Positions 46,900-58,800 of a DNA stretch of 64,000 nucleotides are shown here, one piece after another. The translations under genes were made by a program, and so were the position numbers. The DNA is from Macrostomum lignano. Lineage: Eukaryota. The DNA lies in the NCBI GenBank assembly GCA_002269645.1, contig NIVC01003832.1, positions 10,590 to 74,589 of the forward strand, given 5' to 3'. The stretch's first letter is position 1. Every line of letters begins with the position of its first letter. The notes beneath the pieces are model-generated. The model was not told the origin of the DNA, did no database searches, and saw only the letters and a list, made by a program, of their open reading frames with translations.

Positions 46900-49800
46900 C
46901 TGCAATTTGGTAAATAGATGGAGGATATAGTGCATGTATGCATGCAGCTTGTAGGGATTGTTTACCTTCAGCCTGTGCATCTTCGATGGCAGCTGAAGAT
47001 CAGAAATGGAGAAGAGGCTACCAGATAATCTGGATGAAACAAGATACATGTAAATCAAGAGGCTACCTGAAAGTCTACCCCAGAGTATCAATGAAGACGC
47101 TACCTGAAAGTCTACTTCAGAATATCAATGAAAAGGCAACCTGAAAGTGTACCCTCGAAGACGAATGAAATGGCTACATGAAATTCTACCCCAGAAGATG
47201 AACGAAGCTACCTGAAAGTCTAACCCAGGGTAACAATGAAGAGGCTACCTGAAAGTCTACCCAAGAATATCAATGAAGAGGCTACCTTAAAATCTACCCT
47301 TAAAAATCAATTAAGAGACTACTTAAAAGTCTACCCTTAAAGATCAAGAAAGGACTACCTGAAAACCTACCCGAAGCACTTAAAGATCAATGAAGAGACT
47401 TTAAGACTCCCAAGAAAATGTGAGCTGAGAAAACTACAGCAAGTTTGAAAGTCTACCTGAGTCATCTGTTAGATGATGAATGAGGCTACATAAAAAGTCT
47501 ATATTTAATAAATCTGAAGTGCACCCGAGCCACCAGCAGTGCTCAATGACCACTGCTCACCCTTGCGATAATGATAGTCGGCATCAATGTGGCGCAGGTG
47601 GCCGTGCCTGACCGAGCAGCCGAGCAGCCAGCGGATGCGGCTGGCAAAGTGCTCAACTAGTTCGTACTTCTCCGGGTCGGCGAGCCAGTTCTGGCGGACG
47701 CAGCGTAACGAGTTGATCATGACGGCAACGAACACGTTCAGCAGGGTGAGGCACACGAACAGCATAAAGGCAAAGAAGAACAGCATGGCCAGGCCGCCTC
47801 CGTCTGAGAACAGGCTTTTGAACTCCATGCTGTCTGCAGTTGGGGGGTAGGGCAGTAAACTTGATCTAACACAAAAAATAACAGTGATGCTCGTTCGCAC
47901 TACTAGAGCAGATCAGTAGTTAACGCGGCCGACTGCTACGTTAAAGAACCCGGGTTCGATTCCGCACGCAGCCAAAGTAACTTTGGGGTCTAGCCAGGGC
48001 CGCTGTACACCCTGTGAGCGCTGTGTCAGGAAGCTTCTCGAGTCAAGGTGCCCGCAGTTCACGTTTACTTGTAGTAAATGGTGCTTATAATATTTATACA
48101 ATTGATCATTGACAGAGCTTTCCACAGGCAAAGGGGTGAGGTTCTTGTCCTCATAGTCTGGCCCTCTTGTGACTGTTGGCCTAAATTAATGAGCCTTGTT
48201 AGTAGCCCCCCTGAGCTCCATCTGCCAGTGCATGAGCCTCACTAGTAGCCCCCCTGAGCTCCATCTGCCAGTGCATGAGCCTCACTAGTAGCCCCCCCCC
48301 CTGAGCCCCATCTGCCAGTGAGCCTCACTAGTAGCCCCCCCCCCTGAGCTCCATCTGCCAGTGCATGAGCCTCACTAGTAGCCCCCCCCCTGAGCCCCAT
48401 CTGCCAGTGAGCCTCACTAGTAGCCCCCCCTGAGCCCCATCTGCCAGTGAGCCTCACTAGTAGCCCCCCCCTTAAGCCCCATCTGCCAGTGAGCCTCACT
48501 AGTAGCCCCCCCCTGAGCCCCATCTGCCAGTGAGCCTCACTAGTAGCCCCCCCCTGAGCCCCATCTGCCAGTGAGCCTCACTAGTAGCCCCCCCCTGAGC
48601 CCCATCTGCCAGTGAGCCTCACTAGTAGCCCCCCCCCTGAGCCCCATCTGCCAGTGAGCCTCACTAGTAGCCCCCCCCCTGAGCCCCATCTGCCAGTGAG
48701 CCTCACTAGTAGCCCCCCCCCTGAGCCCCATCTGCCAGTGAGCCTCACTAGTAGCCCCCCCCCTGAGCCCCATCTGCCAGTGAGCCTCACTAGTAGCCCC
48801 CCCCCCTGAGCCCCATCTGCCAGTGAGCCTCACTAGTAGCCCCCCCCCCTTAAGCCCCATCTGCCAGTGAGCCTCACTAGTAGCCCCACCCTCAAGCTCC
48901 ATCTGCCAGTGAGCCTCACTAGTAGCCAGGATGCTCAGCGCCTCCGCAGCCGCGGTGAAGCTTCGAAACTCCCGAATCGAGCAGGCGAACAGCAGGTGGC
49001 CGGCCAGCACGAACGCTACAAACAGAAGGCCGGCCATCAGGCCGAAAGTAAGCAGCGGCTTAGTCGCGGTTTTCAGCACCTCTAGCAGCAGAACTCCTCG
49101 ACGGTTGAAGTTGAGCAGGCGAAGGAACCGAATGGTGAAGAGGAACACAATGATGCCGATGAACACCTGGTTGATCTGCGGGTTCGGAGTTGGCAGTAAT
49201 CTCAGGTAGATACACCTATCTCCATAAACTCAAGTTGATGTTCTCATGTCTACAAACTCAAGTAGATGCTCTCATATGTCTACAAACTCAAGTAGATGCT
49301 CTCATATGTCTATAAGCTCAAGTAGATGCTCTCATATGTCTACAAACTCAAGTAGATGCTCTCATATGTCTATAAGCTCAAGTAGATGCTCTCATATGTC
49401 TACAAACTCAAGTAGATGTTCTCATATGTCTATAAACTCAAGTAGATGCTCTCATATGTCTACAAACTCAAGTAGATGCTCTCATATGTCTACAAACTCA
49501 AGTAGATGCTCTCATATCTCTATAAACTCAGGTAGCTCAGGCCAAACTCCGTACCTCATCGTACACAATCAGCCACTGGAAGTCGATAAACTTGTCCGAG
49601 TTGGCCTGCATGAAGCTGGCCAAAGCCTGCTGCACAGCAATCTTCACCAGGTAGAGAACCACCTCGGCTGTGCAGAACAGCAGCAGGCAGATGTCTAGGC
49701 ACTTGAACTGGTCCTGGTGTCATTTTTGTGAAAGGCATTGTTAATTTGGAACATTTTAGTGAAGTTTTCGAGGTACATATATGGACCTTCACCAAAGCGA

Positions 49801-52800
49801 TGTTTATTTTAGACTCAACACAAATCTATCCCATCCCCATCTACTCTATCCCATCCCCATCTATCCTATCCTCCTTCCCATCTACTCTATCCCATCCCCA
49901 TCTACTCTATCCCATCCCTATCTACTCTATCCCATCCCCATCTACTCTATCCCATCCCCATCTACTCTATCCCATCCCCATCTACTCTATCCTCATTCCC
50001 ATTTACTCTATCCCATCCCCATCTACTCTATCCCATCCCCATCTACTCTATCCCATCCCCATCTACTCTATCCCATCCCCATCTACTCTATCCCATCCCC
50101 ATCTACTCTATCCCATCCCCATCTACTCTATCCCATCCCCATCTACTCTATCCCATCCCCATCTACTCTATCCCATCCCCATCTACTCTATCCCATCCCT
50201 ATCTACTCTATCCCATCCCCATCTACTCTATCCCATCCCCATCTATCCTATCCTCCTTCCCATCTACTCTATCCCATCCCCATCTACTCTATCCCATCCC
50301 CATCTACTCTATCCCATCCCCATCTACTCTATCCCATCCCCATCTACTCTATCCTCATTCCCATTTACTCTATCCCATCCCCATCTACTCTATCCCATCC
50401 CCATCTACTCTATCCCATCCCCATCTACTCTATCCCATCCCCATCTACTCTATCCCATCCCCATCTACTCTATCCCATCCCCATCTACTCTATCCCATCC
50501 CCATCTACTCTATCCATCCCCATCTACTCTATCCCATCCCCATCTACTCTATCCCATCCCTATCTACTCTATCCCATCCCCATCTACTCTATCCCATCCC
50601 CATCTACTCTATCCCTATCCCTATCTACTCTATCCCATCCCCATCTACTCTATCCCATCCCCATCTACTCTATCCCATCCCCATCTACTCTATCCCATCC
50701 CCATCTACTCTATCCCATCCCCATCTACTCTATTCCATCCCATACACTATCCAATGTCATACATCTACAAGCAAGCTACCTGAAACCATCCCAGATCCGC
50801 AAACTGTATTCCATACCTGTACAACAGCTTCCAATTTACCTGGAAATAGGCCCACCGCTTCCTCCACAGAGCCCGAGCCTCCCGGACGATGAAGGCGATG
50901 ACCAGCAGCAGGCTGGCCAGGTCCAGCAGAGCGTACAGCAGCGCCTCCGGTCCGCTGTAGCGGTCCAGCCGGATGGTGCGGATGCTCGGATTGGCCACGA
51001 AGCCGCCGCCCCTGTAGGCTTCGAACAGCAGGCTGGCGTAGGTGTACAGGTTGCTGGCCGGGTTGTACAGCAGCAGCTCCAGGACGACGCCGCGGCTCAG
51101 CCGGTCCAGCCAGTGCAGCGAGGACAGGTTTTTGATGGCGCCGCTGGCGCTCGAACGAGAGTCGCCAAGGTAAGCTGAGTATCCACCGCCTGAGTAGGTG
51201 GCGAGCAGGCCGGCCAGGGGCACGCCCAGAGAGTCCAGGGCGCTTGTGTAGCTCCACTCTGAGTAGGCCGGCCCGGCTGAGAAAGAAAGAGAATACGCGA
51301 GGCTTTTCAAAATTTCTGTTTTAAACTAGGTAATTTAGGTAGAAGATACGTATGCCAATATTAATAATATTAATAACTGCAGGAAGGTTGTCTTCTGCGA
51401 CATCGTCCAACAACCAGCGCTGACGACAGCACATGCAAGCGCCAATACTGTACGCAGACACGCACTTATCCACGCTCACACAGTGTATAGCGGCCCTGAC
51501 ATTCTAGTCGTCAGGCATGTACACTCTCTGTCCCAATTCTGGCCAATTTTCTGCCACATTTTTTTTTAATTTTTACTGCCACAGCTTGGTAGACTCGTAC
51601 CACCACACTTTCTCGTTTCGCAGAATTACACTTTAAAGAGCACTAAAAATTGTCGGGTGTCCTAATGGACTTGAGCAGCATCTACCTGATCCGTTTCGAA
51701 GCAGCCAGCCTGGCAGGTAGGCGCGCTCGTCATCGTAAACGAGTTCGTAATCCTCGATGCACGGGGGCACGGAGTCGGCGAATACTCCAGCAACACGGCA
51801 CGCCGCTTCCGGCTTCAGGCGCAGCTGGCGAAGCCGCGGCTGCCGAACCAGATAGTCGGCAAAGTCGCCAACCAGATTGCTGGCCAGCATGCCACAGGCC
51901 TTGCCGTTGTAGCACGCCATGGGGTACAGTGCGGGGACGACCGTGTTGTTCAGGTACTGCCAGAAATCCGGCGCGGTTTTCACCTGATCAATCGAATAGA
52001 TCGCTCCCTTGGAGAGCCGCGACTCAGCCAGGTGACTGGCTTCGAGCAGCATGCCCTGCAGGCTGGAGTTCTGCAGGTAGGCCCTGCTGTCCGTGTTGGT
52101 GTAAGCAGTCAGGACGAGGATGGTGAGGAAGATCAGGTAGAATATGGCGTCTCTGATCATGGCGTCCAGCTGCTTCTCTCGGAGTCTAAAATGTCGGATT
52201 GCAAACGTGCTCAAGAATCCCATTAAGCTTTTAATTACACTAACCATACTTCAATTCATCCATTCCTTACTGCTTTAACTTTCTAAAACATTATTGGTTT
52301 TGTAAATCCGATGTACTTTAGAGCCCCCCTTGGTCGCAGGGAGCAGAGTATGCAAAGTGCTACGTGATTCGGCGCCCTCACCTCAGCTTGCGCATCTGCT
52401 GAAGCACGTGCGGCTTCGGAGCTGTCGGCACTGCCAGCGATCTCAGGAACTGCCGCATGGCCTGCAGGTTGGAGGCGTCGCGCAACGGCAGGACCTCGTG
52501 AATTTTCGGCACGCCGCGTTTTTCCAGCTCCTGCATCATCTCGTCCTCGTCCTCGCTGACCTTCCCGAAGATCAGAGCATAGAACAGGATGACCAAAGCG
52601 ATCTTGATTGGCTGCACAAGCAGCACGGACTCCAGCACGGTGACGGCCATCGCGGCCAGCCATTCTGCTGTTTTCTTCTCGCCCAGGACGCCGCCAAACT
52701 CCACCATGAGGTAGACGCAGGCGGCCACGCTGGCAAAGGACAGCACGTAGCCAACGTAGTGCGACCACCACGGCAGCGGCCACACAGCAGATGCCAGACG

Positions 52801-55800
52801 ACGGCAGCAGCTGGCCGGCTGTTCCGGCTGTTCCGGCTGCTGCTGGGACTCGGCCAGGTCAACCAACTCCAGCTGCTGCGGAGTGGCCGCCGACTGTCCG
52901 GCCGAGAGAGCTGAAGCCGGCGTCAGCGGCTTGGTTGGATCGGTAGGCGGCGGCGTCACCTCCGGCTGCCAGTAATCGTCTCCGGTGTTGAACTCGCTGT
53001 ACAAAGCCAGCAGCAGCTCGCGCCGCAGACTCTGTCGTCTATTCGACGCCTCACGCGCGTCAGCGGCTCCCGGTTTCGAACCGCCCTCGCTTTTGCCAGC
53101 GGCATAGTGGCGGACTCTGCGGTACTTGAACAGTACGATGATTAGCAAGTTAATTGGCAGAATGACCAGCGTGGACACCGTGGCAACGTAGAGGCTGTTC
53201 AGCGTGAGCTTCACGGTGCCGATCTCCACTATTCGCGGACTCTCAACGTGCTTAGTCTGGTCGAAGTACATCATGTTGGCCATCATGGTGCTCATGAGCA
53301 GCACCAGGCAGGCTGTGGCCCGCTGCACTCGGGTGAATCGGCTCCTAGCCGGCCTGGTCACCACCGACAGCCACAGGTGACCGTCGCGCATGCCCACGTG
53401 CGCCTTGCTCCAGAACACCACATTGAAAGCGCGCAGCTCCTCCTCGGAGGCCACGGGAAACACGCGTTCAACCTTGACGGTGGTTTGGCAGTTTTGGATT
53501 GATAAAGTAAATCTAATGGGTGAAGCTTAGACATTTAAAACCAAGCAGCTCTTGATCATTCGAATGTAGTAGTGGGGATAGCGCGAAAAAAAAGTTTTAG
53601 AAAGAGTACAGTCAGGTGCGACTACAACTCAACTGCAAGCAAAGCGTTTTGTGGATATCCGGGTCTACTCATATTCGCCTCAAAAGTAAATCATGCGTTT
53701 TACTAAAATCAGTAAAATTGTCTGCAATCTATCGAGAAATCTTTGGTTTTTATCCATACCATGCCATCGTCCTCTGCGCACGAGAGCCACCTGTTGCAGA
53801 TGAAGTGGTACTTCTCCCCGGTCTGCTGGTCCACGATCATCGCCCGGCTGAGGTACCAGCAGGGATCCGAGCCGCTGTTGTCGTGCCAGATTCTCAGGTG
53901 AGAAAGCCGGCCAAGGCTGTGCGGTGTGGTCATGTGGAATGTGTCCACGCTGCCTTTGGACAGCACCGGCCGAATCGGAGTGTTCAGTGGCCGGCGTCCC
54001 GATTCGCAGCTCTCGCCAGTCAGAATGAAGCACACGTTCGCAGTGGTGCCCGCACCTCGCTGATTGCCAGTCCAGAAGGTGAGCTCGTACCTGCGGAGCA
54101 GGTGTTTCAGTAATCACAGTTTTTTTGTCAACTATAGAGACCTTACGAGCTGGAGCTGAATTGTGGGTTTTTTCTGATTCCTAGCAGTGACGTAAACAGC
54201 AAAATATGCAGCCCTAAGCTCGCCAGGGAGCGTTAGATGGGAAGCTTCGCTGCGCGATTGAGCGTAAATATTCAGCCCCCGTTGGCTGCATTGCACGGCA
54301 GACAGTCCACGTGTCGATGGGTCAAGGGCGGACCCTGGAAGGTGAGCAACAGGCAGGACTTTCTGACTAGGTTGGGCGACAAGTGGATCTTCCAGTTGTG
54401 AAGGTGCATGATGATGGGTCTAATTTGCAGCTGAGCACGAGTCCAACCGCCAACTGTCAACATCCGCATCTCCGCGTTGTACAGCAGGATGCCTCCGTCA
54501 CTGCGTTTTATGGGTTCTCTTATGTTATGTGAGTTGTGATCATTTTCTCCCAAAGTTTAAAATATAATATTTCTTGACAATCTACAATATCAAGGCAGAG
54601 TCAAGATAAATAATCGTGAACTATAACCACAGTTACATTTCATCCCAGTTCAAAAAGGATAACAATTGCTACTTTGCCTGGAATACTCGTAAAATCTCCA
54701 AACTGAGAACTTTTTAATCCGGCACTGCTCTTCAAGTTACAAATTTTGATCATAGCAACCAGCCCCAACAAGCAATTTACCGGTACGGATCTGCCGGGTA
54801 ATTGTCGATGAGCGGCACAATGCCCACTTGGATGAGGTCGCGCTCGTCCTTGCGCCTGGCCCAGACTATTACGATGAGGTAAAGGCAGACAACGGCGATG
54901 CACAGGGCGAATGCGATGGGGTTGGTGTCGAGCCGCAGCCAGGATGAGTCGGCCGCGTCAAACTCGATGGGTGGCACGTAGAAATTAGCCATGAATGAGG
55001 TCAAGTGGCGCGAGTAGCAGTGCAGCATGGTGGGCGTGGAGCACCGACCCTCCTGATGCGAAGTGGTTGGCAATTGAAAAAAATGTTGCAACACCTTCAC
55101 AACAATAGGTTCACTGCACCTTGTTCATGATATAAAAGTTGACTCACATATAATCCCGTATTCTCCAGCTGGAAGTCCTTCAAATTTACGTAGTTGCAGG
55201 CTGATAGGTAAGACGACAGCTTCACTTCAGCTTCGATATAGAGACTTCTGTCGATGTTCAACCGTCCAGTCGGATTGCCAATTGAGGTGTCGCTGAACTT
55301 TTCTCTGCCGCTAGCGGGAATCTTCAGCATTCTCACGCCGAAGCGCCACTTCTGTTTCGCGCCTCGTCTGCGTTGGGTTGCAGATGAATATTCAAATCAA
55401 GCAAATTTAAGAGGCAAGCTTCCCCAAATCGGCTCTGTGTCCTCAAAAACTCACGTCTCTCCTAAACAGCAGCTGTGTTCTCTCCTAAACACCAGCTGTG
55501 TTCTCTCCTAAACACCAGCTGTGTTCTCTCCTAAACGCCAGTTGTGTTCTCTCCTAAACACCAGCTGTGTTCTCTTCTAAACACCAATCTTTCCCCGAAA
55601 ACTGTTTAGTTAATTAGGCTCCCCTGAATGCTTACGTGCCAAGCGAATCGCTGGGAAAGAAGCAGGTCCATGGATCCGGCAGCAAGTCCTGAGCAGCGGC
55701 GCAGGCGCCTTGTCGGAAGCAGCGGTTTTCAAGGCACTGGCAGTGGGCCAGCTCCCAACCAGCCTCTGACTGGAGCGATAAGCCGTTCGGCTCGCCAGCG

Positions 55801-58800
55801 TACAGGCAGTTTGTGTAGCTCCCATCCGCTGCTTTGGTGCAGTTGCACAGACCTATCGTGTAGTTTGAGTCAAGCGTCTTATCAACAACCTGGCTTGGCG
55901 GACCGCAGGCAACCCTGGGCCTGAGCAGCGGTAGCTGGCACAAATGGTCGTAGTTTCTCTCTGACGGTGTGCCGTCTTTTCGAAGGAAGACCAAAATTTC
56001 GAAGTCTTCCGTTGGCAAACTGTCGGAACTTGCGAGGCTTCTGTAGTTGATGTAGCGCTCTACCTTTACAAACAGAGACGAGCCCTTGCTGATAGTGATA
56101 ACGTGCTTTCCCATCCTGTCAGACCTCGGTCTGGTTGTCAAGTAGACATCAGTGAGCTTGCTGGCGCTCACATTGCGCAATAGGCGCATCTCAACCCAGG
56201 ACTGGTCGTCAAGATCGGTGACCGCGAATTCCAGCGCGTTCTCGTTCATCATGCTCATTGAGTAGGAGTAGCTGGGACTCGCCTCCTCCGGAGTAGCCAG
56301 CTGGTAGGCATTGAGATCGCTTTTGATCACCTAAAAATGATTAGACAAAAATGAATGATAAGCTTTCAGATGTTGAAACTTAAATAAAATGGTTTACTCA
56401 TCAAAGCCGTAGTATTTGGCTAAGCAGACTAAAGACAGTAGCTTGCAACGCATACAGGGCTTCAGTCTACAAGATTATGTTTTACTAATCAGCTGGTTTC
56501 AGCAAGGAAGGCAAGAACTCGCCAGCACACACAACTTCAACTCGAAGTTCTAACTGACGCTTATGACGTATGAAAGCTTGTAGTTTCAAACAGATAGGCG
56601 CAATCTTACGGTTGTTACCACCGTCTGAGAGGGCCGCGTCCTGCCCGGAAAGGTCGGGTCCGGCTCCGAGAAAAACGAGTCGCCCTGCGAGTTGGCGTTG
56701 TTGCCCAGCCGAAAGTAGCTGCAATCGCTGCTGCTTTCATCTCGAATCGCCACTTTCACTGGAGTTTCAAAAACAGTTTTAATTGAATGGGCGTGTTACT
56801 GAGATCACTTTTATGTCATGCTAAAGTTAGGGACTTCTTAATTTCGGACCACTAAGTGCGGAGCCGATGAACCGTGACACTTGCAGGTGCGACTGCATGT
56901 TATTTTGTCACAGTATTCAACTTGTACTTGTTGCACATAAAAAAACTTTGCTTACACGAGTTTTCTACGACATAATTTACGCTCGTGTTGTGAGAACTCA
57001 CGTTTCTCCATGTCCTTCGACTGGTTTCGACGGATATTGAGCACTAGACCGTCTGCTTGCATAACTGTGTCAGCGTCTCGAGTGACAATCTTCTTTGCCA
57101 CCGCTTTGCCGCAGTCCTCGATCGACTGCATAATGTCCAGCGCTGGCTTCGAGAGCTGCTTCTTGGTGTCAGTTGACGATTGGTTGAATTGCTCCGAGAA
57201 GCTGATGTCCTTCAGGTTTTCCACTGTCGGCTGCAGCACATTCCTGGCCGCTCGCATGAAGTCGATAGTCGTGGCTTTCACGCTGTCAAAAGTGACAATC
57301 TCTTCCTTTACTGCAGACTGTAGACTCTGGCTAACCAGCGACAGTCCCTTGCTGCTGCGCTCGATGCCCTGCGGCGTCAGCTCCGTCGGCACAGAGGTTG
57401 CATAGTTGTACATCGCTGTCGCTTGAATGATATTGTTGAGCTGCACTATTGCTGGCAGAGTTTTGAGCATGTTTTCGACGGTGGTTGTTATATAGTCCAA
57501 AATTTTATTCCTCAGTGCCATGCGCTCGGCCGATGTGATGCCACTCGTGGTCGAAGGCGCAGTTGTGGCGCTGCTGGTTGAGTTGCTAGCTGATGTTGAC
57601 GCAGTTGTTGCAGTAGTAGTTGCGGTTGAAACCGTGCTACTGGCAGTAGACGCTGTTGAGTCTCCAGTAATTGTCGTTGCCGTTGTCTCACTAGTGGAGG
57701 TGCTCGATGCTGCCCTTGTAGTCGCCTCATTTGCTGCGTCCGTGTTGAGAACGGCTAGGATTGGCAAGACGGCCCCCGTTAGTTGATTGATATTTCCCAG
57801 AGCGGTGGAGCTTTCGATCTCCGTGATTTCGTTGTTCAAATCGTTCAGCGACGAGATGCCGCCGGGAGTTACTATCACCGACTGGAAGGTGGCAAAGCTG
57901 GAGGCCTGGTTGGCGTCGGTCACCAAGATGCAAATCGACAGCCGGTGCCCGATGAACATCAGTCCTGGCGGCAGCGCCTTTTTGCTCGGCAGGCGGCATG
58001 CAGACTCCGCTGAAAGGGTTGAAATTATGAGCGTTACAACAATTTATAAATCCAATGTGCTTTGTTGCGGCGTTAGAAACCCCACGACTGCAAATCAAAC
58101 TCACAGATGGCGATCGGTGAGCACTGCTGCATGCTGGTTGGACTGGGTAGCTGCGAGTAGCCTATGGTGTACGTCAGCGGTTCGTCAGAATCGGAGGCTC
58201 CTGTGCACTCAATTTGAAATTTGTCCAGTACGGAGACGCCCTGGCTCGGCGTGACGGTGACAGCCAGCGAGGCCACATTCGGTACGTCGTTAATAGCAAG
58301 GTAGACCACTTGGTAGCCGTAGTTTTCCGACGAGTTGCCTCGCCAGGACTTGATGCGCAGAATATAGTACCCACTGATCGGCTGGAAGAAGCCTTTGCAG
58401 ATCAGCGACATGCCGGATGACTCAATGCCTACATTTTCAATGCATTAACAATAGCAGTATTTCACCGTGACTACTTAACGCAGACCATGAATACTTTTAA
58501 ATAAAAAACAATCTTACCAGTTTGTGTGTAGTCGCGTCCTCCTGAAAAATTTTAGTAGAAAAATTAATACGTAGTTTTTTTAATTTAAAACGAAACAAAA
58601 CATGTCCTTCCTAGTATTGTTACTAATAATTTATTACACCTGCACTAATGCGACAGACAACTTAGCCGCAGCTATTGCGCGGTGCATCTGAGGCTGCGTA
58701 CGGCTGTTCAGACCAAGGACTGGGGGGTCGCCACACAGCCTCAAATACCCCAGCTAATTCGAAATGAAGCAATCCAGAGTTAAGTGTCTCACTCAAGGAC

